NCBI GenBank assembly: GCA_052327205.1
Contig: CM126224.1
Coordinates: 19,096,001 to 19,160,000 of the forward strand
Origin: Somniosus microcephalus
Lineage: Eukaryota
DNA length: 64,000 bases
Direction: 5' to 3'
Shown: positions 50,573 through 62,420 of the stretch, piece after piece
Layout of the letters: every line of letters begins with the position of its first letter
Numbering within the stretch: the stretch's first letter is position 1
Position numbers and translations under genes: made by a program
Notes under the pieces: generated by a model
The model's database searches: none
What the model was told of the DNA's origin: nothing
The model's input: only the letters and a program-made list of their open reading frames with translations

Positions 50573-53329
50573 TGTGGGAACCTAAAAGGAAATCAGTAAG
50601 CAGTGTAAAAAAACACTTTTTTCCTCATCGCAGTTCTCATTACCTTAAAAAAAGGTAGAACCAATAACCAAAATCCAGGCCAGGTTCCCTGTAATCAGGG
50701 TAGGCACCTTGTGGGCAGTGGGAAGAGATCCGAATAATAAGCAGTTTAAAAATTTTGTTCTCGATGTGGGCACTGCTGGCAAGGTCTCTCTCTGGTTGCT
50801 CAGAGGTGGTGGGCCTTCTTGAACCACTGCAGTCTTTGTGTTGATGGTACTCCAAGGATAGGTAGAGAATTATAGGACTTTGATGCAGCAGCCGCAAAGA
50901 ATCATCATGTACCCATAAAGCAGCCCCATTCACCATTGCAGAGTTTTGGACTTACTCAGTGTTGGGCTGATGCAAAAAAGGAGACTACAGAATGCTGCGG
51001 TACAGAGGGATCTGGGTGTCCTCTTACATGAAACACAAAGTTAGCATGCAGGTACAGCAAGTAATTAGGAAGGCAAATGGAATATTGACCTTTATTGTAA
51101 GGGGGTTGGAGTATAAAAGTAGGGGTTTATTCCGCCTCCCTCATTATAGTACATTTATTTTTGCACTTAATGTTTTCAATAAAGACCATACTTTGTCACA
51201 ATGTCACCAACACTTGGCATTGAGAGTTGTGGACAAAGAAGGTCCTTATATCATTAATAAAAAGACAAGAAAGCAAGCAATGTTGTAGCTTGTTTTTTTT
51301 TAGATCAGAAGGTCACCAGAATCTGCCACAAAAAGATCTCCAGTTCTTTGCCTGTAATATTTGGGAGGAGCCGCGTAACTCTGTCCCATTACAAAGACTT
51401 CTAACAAACAAGGAAAGAGGAGCAAGAATTTGAACTAAAAAGTTGCCCTTGTTCTTGGTGGTAACACAGATCGTCCTTAGCAACTTGGCAGAAAAATCGT
51501 GTTAAGCGCAGTGTCTTAAAACATTTGTGCCGTAACGTTCAGGCGACCAGCTTGCCCTGCTATACAGAGATTCAAACCACCGCACCAGTCAGAAAACAGG
51601 GCCAAGCCTCCTAAAAACATTCCAGGCATCCTAGAATAATGACACCTCTCTCTCTCTCTCTCTATATAGTGAAGCCTGTTCCACTTGAGACAACAACAAA
51701 TTGCTAGGGTTGAAGGATGGGGCATGTGGTTTAGTAGAAAACACTTGTGTACACAGAGAAGTGAACTTTCCTAGATATGCACCCTTTGTGCACATGTACG
51801 ACTAGTGTAAAAGGCAGGCTCGAGGAATATGGTGAAAAGGTAGGTAGTAGGGTAGGTTCATCAAAAACAAGATGCCTTTCGTCGGCCCAACAGCCATTCT
51901 CTGTTCTTAAATATTCTTGCGTTATGATGAACTTATATTAATTGATTATTTTGGTTAAATGATTATTTTGGATAAATGTGTAGACAGGTCCAGGCATTGC
52001 CTATGAAACGATCAAGAAAGAAGCATGCACAATTATATTTTAGTGGTTTTACTTCAATATTTAGACCAAAATGATCAACGAGATCAGTGTATGGAGAGGG
52101 TTTCACCCTTCAAATGCCAGCAGTAAGCGATGGAAATCCAACAATTCACTGGAGAAGATAATGAACCAAAAGGAAATTTAAATTAGTTTTGAAAAGATGG
52201 GCTCTTTTAATAGATCAGAGAAACTTGTGCAACTGAAGCTCTAGGCTTCAGACACAATGTGAAAGACTACAAGCAAGCTCAAGCAACACAAATGATAATT
52301 TAATTATGGACAAGCATTCCAATTCTGTTGCTAAATATCATGTACGAGGCATGCAAGTAATTGGTGAGGGGGGGGGGATTGTTAAATGTGTGCGCACGCG
52401 CACGCGCATCAAGGTTAGGAATGTTAAGGGATTTTGGTGGGGGAGAGAGAGAAGGAGGGAAAAAACTTTCCACTCTGCTTTCGGTGTCTGTATCAAGCAC
52501 TCCCAAGATAGAATGTAACGGATAGAAAGCTTCCTCTACTCTGCCGACCTCAAAAACACATTCCTAGTGTAACTTTTCCATTTCCCATGTCAACCTAGGG
52601 CCTATCTGGGCAAGACTCTAAACTTAGTACCAAATTTGGTCACTTTTGCACGGTGGATTAAGAGCTGCATTTAAGAGAACGCAAGAATAAACGGCTTTGA
52701 ATGAGTTTGAAGGGAAGTCCAATAGGTGAGGCATATAGTCTATGGAGTACTCGGTCAAAATTACAAATACGAGCCAAATTTCTCCTGCAATATAGTCATT
52801 GAATATCCCTTTCATCATTGGTCAACAAGGGCCAACCAATTTAAAGCTCACCCACATGGATGTGCTTTGCTCAAATTCTTAAATAAATCAGTAACGTTTG
52901 CAATTCCTGCCCACAATTATTGACACCAACGACATGAGTGGAAGGAGCTAAAGATTTCAATTTCAAAAGTTGTGCAAAATTATTTTGAAGACGAGATGTC
53001 AGGTTTCAGCATGCCACATTCCTTTAAGCAGGAGACAGTCTGCGTCTCCGATTTGGATTCTAGTTGGTTGGCAATGTGAACAGCAGAGACCAAATATTCA
53101 GGTGTGTCCTATACTTTATAATTTCATCCAAAGTATGTTTATAATTTCATCCAAAGTAGGTTTATAATATCTCATTCTTAAAAGGTTGGTGTTCCTTCTC
53201 CTTATGTCAAGGCTCTAGAACAGAGTAGAATTTTGGGTAAAAATAAGCAGTGGGTCAGGAAGGGATGGAGAGTAACAAAGGTAGTAATAAGGCATCAGTG
53301 ACTAAGGTGACATCAGGTAAAAATAAATA

Positions 53330-56300
53330 GAAATAAGTCAAAGCTAAAGGCACTATATCTGAATGCGCGAAGCATTCACAAAATAGATTAATTAATAGCG
53401 CAGATAGAAATTAACAGGTTTGATCCAATAGCCAGTACAGAGATGTGGTTGCAATGTGGCCAAGGTTGGGAACTAAATATTCCAGGATACTTAACTTTTA
53501 GAAGGGATAGGCAAAATGGAAAAGGAGGAGAGGTAGCCCTGATAAAGGATGTGATAAAGACAGTAGAGAGAAAGGATCTTGGCTCCGAAAATCAAGAAGT
53601 AGAATCAGTTGGTTGGAGCGAAGAAACAGCAAGGGGCAAAAAATATTGGTAGGAGTTGTTTATAGGCCCCCAAACAGTAGTTGTAATGTAGGGCAGAGTA
53701 TAAATCAGGAAATTAGAGGCGTATGTAACAAGGGTAATGCAGTAATCATGGGGGACTTTAATCTATATATAGACTGGGCAAATCAAATTTGCAGTAATAA
53801 TGCAGAGGACAAATTCATGGAATGTATGCAAGATAGTTTTCTAAGTCAGTATGTTGAGGAACCAGGCTATTTTAGATCTTGTATTGTGCAATGAGAAAGG
53901 GTTAATTAATAACCTTGTAGTAAAGGAGCCTTCAGGGAAGAGTGACCATAATATAATAGAATTTTATAATGGAGTTTGAAAGCGATTTAGTTAAATCCAA
54001 AACTAGGGTCTTAAATCTAAACAAAGCAAACTACATAGGTATGAGGGGCGAGTTGGCCAAGTTACATTAAAATGTATGATGGCAGACAAGCAACGGCTAG
54101 CATTTAAAGAATTAATACATAATTTACAACAAATATACATTCCTTTAAGGCACAAAAACCCCACAGGAAAAGTGGTCCAACCGTGGCTAACAAGAAGTTA
54201 AAGATGCTATTAGATCAAAGGAAGAGGCTTATAATGTTGCAAAAAGAGTAGTAAGCCCAAGGATTGGGAGGATTTTAGAATTCAGCTAAGGAGGATCAAA
54301 AAATTGATAAAAGAAAGGGAAAATAGAATGAGAGTAAACTAGCAAGAGACATAAAAACAGACTGCAGACTGGTACCAGTCATCGCTGCTTTTAATTCCTT
54401 CCCTAAGCTTTCACACACACTCAGGCACTTTGTCAGTCACGAACAATCACTGCATCATAGCACGATTATTTTAAGGAGTGTGTTAATATCATCGTGACAT
54501 TGGTGTCTCTTGTATTTCCATAGTTGTCCATGAGGTGCCACCAGCTGCAAACTACCACCTCACAGTGGTATTCACTACCTTGCAATCACTGACACAGGAG
54601 TATTTAGCCTGGCGGATGTAGACTTTTGAGGGGGCGCTAAGTGAGAACAAGCAAGTGCAGCTGGAAGCAACAGAGCAGGAACAAGCTGCGGAGTTCGGGA
54701 AAGGGTACCATCCAGGGCCTTTGAGCACCTTCAATTCATGGAGTAATTTGAGTGCGTAAGAAGCCCTCAGAGGTATGCTAGCTCGAAGGAATCCACTAGA
54801 TGTATTTGTGCAGTGATGTTTTATCACTTCATAGAACAGGCTGGGTCTCTCTCTTGAAAAAAGGCTGTGGGGTGACCTAATAGAGGTCTTTAAAATTATG
54901 AAAGGTTTTGATAGAGTGGATACAGAGAGAACGTCAGAGAGAATGTTTCCACTTGTGGAGGAAGAGCATAACTAGAGGCCATTAATATAAGATAGTCACC
55001 AAGAAATCAAATAGGGAATTCAGAAGAAACTTCTTTACCCAAAGAGTGGTGAGAATGTGGAACTCACTACCACGGAGTGGTGAAGCGAATTGTATAGATG
55101 CATTTAAGGGGAGGCTAGGCAAGCATATGAGGGAGAAGGAAATAGAGTTATGCTGATTTAGATGAGGAAAGACAGGAGAAGGCTCACATGGAGCATAAAC
55201 GCCGGCATGCACTGGTTGGGCCGAATGGTCTGTTCCTGTGCCGTATATTCTATGTAAAAAGCTTCTATAGGTATGCAAAAAGGAAAAGATTAGCAAAAAT
55301 AAATGTGGGTCCCTTACAGGCTGAGACAGGAGAAATTATAATGGGGAATAAGGAAATGGCAGAGAAATTAAACAAATACTTTGTGTCTGCCTTCACGGAA
55401 GAAGATGCAAAAAACTTCCTGGAAATAGTAGACAACCAAGGGTCTAGCAAGAATGAGGAACTGAAAGTTATTAGTATTAGTAAAAAGATAGTACTAGTGA
55501 AATTAATGGGACTGAAAGCCAATAAATCCCCTGGACCTGATGGCCTACATCCTAGGATTTTGAAAGAGTTAGCTGTCGAGATAGCCAATGCATTGGTTGT
55601 CATTTTCCAAAATTCCATAGATTCCTAAAAATGGTTCCCACAGATTCAAAGGTAGCAAATGTAACCCCACTATTTAAGAAAGGAGGGAGAGAAAACAGGG
55701 AACTACAGACCAGTTAGCCAGACATCAGTAGTAGGGAAAATGCTAGAATCTATTAAGGACGTGGTAACAGGGCATTTAGAAAATAATAGGATTGGGCAGA
55801 GTCAACACAGATTTATGAAGGGGAAATAGTGTTTGACAAATCTGTTAGTTGTTTGAGGTTGTAACTAGCAGAATAGATAAGGGGGCAACCAGTGAATGTA
55901 GTATATTTGGATTTTCAGAAGACATTCGATAAGGTGCCACACAAGAGGTTATTAAACAAAATTAGGGCTCATGGGAATGGGGTAATATACTAGCATGGAT
56001 TGAGGATTGGTTAACAGACAGAAAACAGTAGGAATAAATGGGTCATTTTTGGGTTGGCAGGCTGTAACTAGTGGGGTACCACAAGGATCAGTGCTTGGAC
56101 CTCAGCTATTCACAATCTACATCAATGATTTAAGTGAGGGGACCAAATGTAATATATCCAAGTTTGCAGATGGGATGGGAATGCAAGTTCTGAGGAGGAT
56201 GCAAAGAGGCTTCAAGGGGATACAGAAAAGTTAAGTGAGTGGGCAAGAACATGGCAACTGGAATATAATGTGGAGAAATATGAAGTTATCCACTTTTGGT

Positions 56301-57355
56301 AGGAAAAATAGAAAAGCAAAGCAGAGTATTTTTTAAATGGAGAGAGATCGGGAAATGGTGTTGAGGGACCTGGGTGTCCTTGAAAACAAATCACTGAAAA
56401 TTAACATGTAGGTACAGCAAGCAATTAGGAAAGCAAATGGTATGTTGGCCTTTAGTACAAGAGATTTGAGTATCAGGGTAAAGACGTCTTACTGTAAATA
56501 TATAGGGCCCTGGCGAGACCACACCTGGAGTATTGGGTACAGTTTTGGTTTCCTTACCCAAGGAAGGATATACTGGCTGTAGACGGAGTGCAACGAAGGT
56601 TCACCAGACTGATTCCTGGGATGGGGATTTTGGGGGGGGGGGGGGGGGGGGGTAAGAATTGTCCTACGAGGAGAGATTGAGTAGACTAGGCCTATATTCG
56701 AGTTTAGAAGAATGAGGGGTGATCTCATTGAAACAAACAAAATTCTTACAGGGCTCGACAGGGTAAATGTTTCCCCTGGCTAGGGAGTCTATAACCAGGG
56801 GTCACAGTCTCAGAATAAAGGGGTTTGTTTTGATTTCTTTTTGGGTTCAATAAAGACTCATTTCTGAAAGAGAATGTTGTTTAATCTAAAGTCTTGTTCA
56901 AGACTTTCTACAGCTTTTTACAGAACACACTATGCTGTGATGCATCTAGAATCAAACTGAAAGTAAAACTGTCAGCCTGCTTATCTGGTCACATGACCTC
57001 TGCTGCTAAGGCACAAGCAATCAAAAACACAGACAAATATGCTGTAAGGCATAAGTAATCAAACAGACAAATATCATCACTATTTGCCGATATCATTACA
57101 GGGTTGTCCATTTTGGACTGAATGGAGAAATTTCTTCACTCAGGAGGGTGGTGAATCTTTGGAATTCGCTACCAGAGGGCTGTGGAGGCTCAGTCATTGA
57201 GTATATTCAAGACAGATCGATAGATTTTTGGATATCAAGGGATATGGGAATAGTGCAGGAAAGTGGAGTTGAGGTAGATGATCAGCCATAATCTTATTGA
57301 ATGGCAGAGCAGGCTCGAGGGGCCAAAAGGCCTGCTCCTGCTCCTAATTTTTATG
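53330..57355 (+). mobile_element. Long degenerate CR1 LINE ORF2 (APE endonuclease and RT), interrupted at about 54366-55254 and 56825-57120
   Basis: FRRDRQNGKGG, VVYRPPNS, MGDFN, KSPGPDGLHPRILKE, TSGVPQGSVLGPQLF...KFAD, with the CR1 tail at about 57300-57350. Confidence 0.9.
54830..55254 (+). mobile_element. Second CR1-family 3' end nested in the long CR1
   Basis: ggggtgacctaatagaggtctttaaaattatg...ttctttacccaaagagtggtgagaatgtggaactc...gggccgaatggtctgttc. The same family is inverted at about 62070-62420. Confidence 0.75.
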
Positions 57356-60300
57356 CTCTGTGCACCCAGGGCACAGATTTGAAAGTTGGAAGTTCATGGC
57401 GTCAGGACACCAGCTAGGTTCTGCTTTCAAAGGGCAATACTTCGGAACCATACTATGTCTCCTAAGGGGCATGATTCTCTTTGGCACCATAATTACACAC
57501 ATACATACAGACAAATATAATTTGCTACAATATAGGATTGCCCTAATTAAAAGAGGATTCCTTCTCAAGTGGGCTCAGACATTTGTATTGCATATATTGC
57601 AGACACGCATCAGTGTTGCTATCCTTGCTACATTCAGAACTTTAAAGTGTGCCCAGCGAAAGCTCCACTGCCAGCTGGAAGCAGTGTGGCAGAGAAAGCT
57701 GCCATCCAACATCTGCCCCTCCTACTTGAAGGTGGCTGCAAAGAGCAGGGAGGCTGCACTGAACCACCTCACTATTCGGCTGTGAACTCAAGACCTCAGT
57801 GTCCCTGGTGCCTAGGTGGCAGCTCCAGATTGGATTGCCTTCCCCAGTCCATTTCCCTCTGAAGCTATTCTGTCCTCATCATAGCCAATGATCCCTGCTT
57901 TCTTCCAGTTCCGTTCTGGCTCTACAATGGGCAGGAGTCAAGGAAAAAGGCAGGATTGTTTGTTAACATGCAGGCTGGAGGCTGCTTATCGTAGCCAGAA
58001 AGGACGAGACGGATTAGGGTGGGGGTGGGGGGTGCAGACTTCCAAGTCTGCCACCAGTGCCATCCTGTGATCAACAGGCAATGATACTTCAATGAACAAA
58101 CGTGGCTGAGATGATTTAACAAATGGGGGAAGGGACAACTTCAGTTCCACTCAAGGGAATATTTAATTGGGGGGGGGGGGGGGGGGGTGTCTCCAAGTTG
58201 CTATTCACATCAGGAAGGTTTTAAAATTATTTTTCTGTCCATCCTAATATCATCAGTGAGGTGCAGATATTTTTTGTCAAAAGAAAAGCAGCTCCAAGTT
58301 GAAATTAACTTCAGATTTTAGTTGATTTGCTAAAATAAGGTGACGCTATTCAATTGCTGTACAAGGCTGGAGGGTTGTACACCCAGTTACCACACTGCTG
58401 CTTCCCACGTGCCAATACGGACTGGTCATGGGTGCACGAATGCAACAGCGTTGCACTCAAACAGCTTCCACAGCAAAATTCCTACATGATTGACAGCTCC
58501 TGTTTTACTGGATCATTCAAGATTTACACACAGACAAAAATCCTGTGGAAACATTAAAAAGCATACCCTCGGGGGTATTATACGGGCTGTTTAACTGAAA
58601 CAAGTTGCTTTTTCCCCTCTCCATCACTGCCGATCTAAAATGAACTACAAGTCTTATTTAATCCCTCCAAGTGTTTCCCTCCTTCAGATGGCCTCCATCT
58701 TTGACCTACTGCAGATGTCAGATATAGTCCCCACAAGTTATTTTCAAACCTCTATGAATTGCCATATTTGTCCTTCTCCAATTCTTGAGCACTATTTTGG
58801 TTTCTAATAAATTCCTAAAAATGTCCACGTTTATGTCTGATGTCACTGGCCATTCCCTTACGTACGCTAGGTGTCCATCTGGACTGCGCTCTCGGTCCAG
58901 TGCACCCAGCCTGTCTGTTACCTTCTGAATTGTAATTTAGAGCATGCTTAATACTCCATTGCCCTCCCCAGTATTCCCATCTCTGTATTGGAAAGGAAGC
59001 TTCCAAGTTCCTCTGAAGACACACACAGTTTGGGATATTGGTCCCTTGATACTGTATCACCCATGGAACCTTTTAGGTGTCGTACTGTTTCCCTCACCCG
59101 TTTACTCCAAATACATATTTTATAAAGGGCTTTCACAATGTGCTTTATACTCCCACAATCTTAATCTTATTTTCTACTTTAGCGTTTCTAACCAGTTTCT
59201 TAACTCCCTTATATTCGATTCAATGGTACTGCCTCTTTTTATATTAAAAAAAAAAAAAAATTCCTTATGTCTCAGAATTCAGCATCTAGGCCACCGTCTG
59301 AAATTTGGCAGTGTCTTTAGGAGGTAAGGGTTCAGATTCTAAAATGAGGGTCCCTGTTTATTCCTGACAACTGCATCAGGGTTTGAGACTGAGAACTTGA
59401 AGATTAAAGGTGACAGCAGATTCAAAACTACATGGAGGCGGGGGGGGGAAAAAGGGGGAAACAGTGGCAGCAGCCACAATGTGCAGGAAGCTAGAGAGAA
59501 GCAAGAAAACCGATTAAAAAACCGCAATCAACCACAAGCAGAGTCGTGCGGTGGCCTTGAGATTAGTGGCCAATCGGTGGAGTGCAGTGAACAGATCACT
59601 GGATTCATCACCTTCGTTTAGCTGCATTATCTCTGCTGATTGCTGTTTATAAGACATTGCTGTGGGTAGAATGGTTACCCTGCTTCCCTACAATAATAGT
59701 AGTGACTGAACTGGAAAGCAATTCATTTTATGTGAAGCATTGCATCATGTCCGGAGTGATGGGATAAAGCACTAATTCCATTAGTCAGGAGTGCAATAAA
59801 TTAAATAAATAGTTAAGGGGAAGAGATTAGCTCTTAAAAACGACAAAGAAGCCAGCCAGGCTGCATACTTCATTAATATTACGGTTTGATTTCAGCAGAC
59901 TATGTTTAAAAAAATAATTTCAATGTTTTCAAAGAAATACACACAGAAAGCAAGAGCACCAAAGTTTGGTTTAGAAACAGAAATGAGCTATTAGAACACT
60001 AATCCCTCTCGCATCATAGGTGCTCACCTCAGGGTATCTTGTGGCTCATATACTCTCACGGTCAGATCACCCATCTGAAAAAGGAGTTGCTTTTGTCTCG
60101 AGGCGAGCCAGTCCTTCTGAGGTGGGACAGGAGTGTCCCCCCCACCACCCCCCCCTGAAACTCGCTGCCATTACATCTGGATGATTTGAGTGTTAATCAT
60201 CACTGTAGCATTTCACCCCAAACCCCACCCCATCTTCTTCCCCCATCAGCTTCCCCCCCTTTGAGACAATGTTCATCCTTTTGTCTCCATGAAGTCTGCC

Positions 60301-61106
60301 TTCAACTCAACACAGCCTTAATCTCAGAAGTAAATCACAAGGCAGCCAGCAGCCTCTGCTTATAAAGACTGCGGACCAGTCACTAGGCAGGCTAATCTTA
60401 TGAGCCAACTTTGGAACCGGATTAGGGGGAAGGTTTATAGACTCATCCACCGAGTCAGCTGTGTGTTTGCCTTGGATATTTGGGGGGGGGGGGGGGGGGG
60501 GGGGGGTGTGCGGGAAAGAGAACACTACTGCACACGTCCTCTTTGGCAGAGGGAGCAGTCACATCAATAAATGAATTCCTACTGGCACAGAAATCATTGC
60601 AGTAGGATCCGGCTACTCCTGGGATGATTCCAAATACAAGACTCCTTTCTTTCCAGCTTCCTCCTCAAAAACAATTACGTCATGGAGATTTCAGACTTTT
60701 GTGGGCTCAAATGCTTTGGGGGAAAAAAAATCTTTGTATTTCTGGTTTAAAAATAAAACCTTTGCCTAGGGGTAAGCGAAGGTGGTTACAATTTCAACAT
60801 TGGGGGCATTCAGGTTAAAGAGAGAAACTGAGAGGTGTGGTATTGAATGCAATACAATCTCAAATTACAGCACACAGCAGAAAAGTATTTTTCAATCGGT
60901 CTTTGTAGGAATGCATTGAAAGAAATAGAAGCCAAAGCAAAAAAAATCAATGCAATGTAGAATATCCTTTTCTGCAGGGAGGTAAAGCATTGGAATAAGG
61001 GTGTAATGTGTTAAACTTAGTATGTAGATCAACATCGGTCTGGAGCTTTGATATCCTACCACAACAAACCAGCCTAAAAGTGGCGTTCTCAGAGTTGCTT
61101 TCTTTA

Positions 61107-61357
61107 AGTGTTTGCGTGGGTTTCCTCCGGGTGCTCCGGTTTCCTCCCACAGTCCAAAGATGTGCAGGTTAGGTTGATTGGCTATGATAAAATTGACCCT
61201 TAGTGTTAGGGGGATTAAATACGTGGGGTTATGGGGATAGGGTGGGATATGTGTTGGTGTAGGGGTTACGGGGATCGGGGGTGGGATATGTGTCGGTGCA
61301 GGCTCGATGGGCCGAAATGGCCTCTATCTGCACTGTGAGGTTTCTGTGATTCTGTGA
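61107..61357 (+). mobile_element. 5'-truncated HE1/V-SINE-like SINE
   Basis: Near-identical reverse complement of the 3' part of 33277-33626. Confidence 0.85.
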
Positions 61358-62069
61358 AAAGCCACACACTACAAATTGTGGAGTTTATAAATGAAATGCA
61401 CTGTGACTCAAACGTGCCGATTAAAAAATTGTGGACTCGGCTCCCATTTCAGAACAGGAAGTGGGGCTTAAAGCTGCACAATCAGCTCTGCGCATTGCAG
61501 CTTTTAAAGTCGCTTTAAAAAAAGTCCTGTCAAAATAACTGTTCGTGCAAAAAAGGTGCATAAACATGTTAGTCTCATCAGTCACCACGTCATAAGTGCA
61601 TGGCTCAGTTAAAGTGCACCAATGTGAATTGTTCATTCTTCCCAATTACTAGGCTGGGAACAAGCATTTTAAGAGCCTTACTTTGAAATCGGTTGGTAAT
61701 ACATGCTTTCAGAGGTACCAATGCAAGAGGGGGAAAATTCCGATCTTCATATTTAAATAAAAGTAGCTATGACCTGCGATTACTTCATGTTTCCCCCTAA
61801 TGTGGCTGCATTTTGAAAAGACTTCCCTGGTTTCTGTCACTACAGACCCCCTCCTTCAATCTTCAAACTGACTGCCTGGATATTCTACCAACGTGGTGAT
61901 GAGTAAGCAACAGCAAGCCAGTAGACAGGCATCACAATGGACATTTGGAGGACGTTTAAATGAGAGTCTTCTGGAGGCTTAGGTTTGAATATGGCTCTGC
62001 CTCAAAACTGTATTTACCCCCACCCCAAAAAAGGGGTAACCACCAGAAAGCCCACAAGAATGAATATTC

Positions 62070-62420
62070 CAGATTGGCCTGTTTCTGTGCAGTCCTTTCG
62101 GCCCAACTGGTCTATGCTCCACATCTGCTTCCTCCCACCCTACCAACAAAACCGCTTCCTTTCTCAGGTGTTTATCTAGCTTCCCTTTAAAGGCATCTAT
62201 GCTATTCACCTCAACTACTCCCTGTGGTAGCAAGTTCCACTTTCTAACCACTCTCTGGGTAAAGAAATTTCTCCTGAACTCCCTATTGGATTTATTAGTG
62301 ACGACCTTATATTTATGACCCCTAGTCTGGTCTCACCCACAAGTGGAAATATATTCTCTACATCACCATCATTTTAAAGATGTCCATTAGGTTACCACTC
62401 AGCCTTTCTAGAGAGAAAAA
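62070..62420 (-). mobile_element. CR1 3' fragment
   Basis: VRKWNLLPQGVVEVNSIDAFKGKLDKHL plus tail. Confidence 0.8.

Noticed and set aside
50640-50936. ORF and AAG|gtaatg donor just upstream of the ATG exon
   Set aside because: The implied intron is only 62 nt, and the frame that would join gelsolin has a stop and no ATG.
58388-58542. Possible signal-peptide exon (tttccacag acceptor, gtaact donor)
   Set aside because: Both upstream ATGs hit stops within a few codons (ATG TAG; ATG ATC CAG TAA), and there is no in-frame hydrophobic leader.
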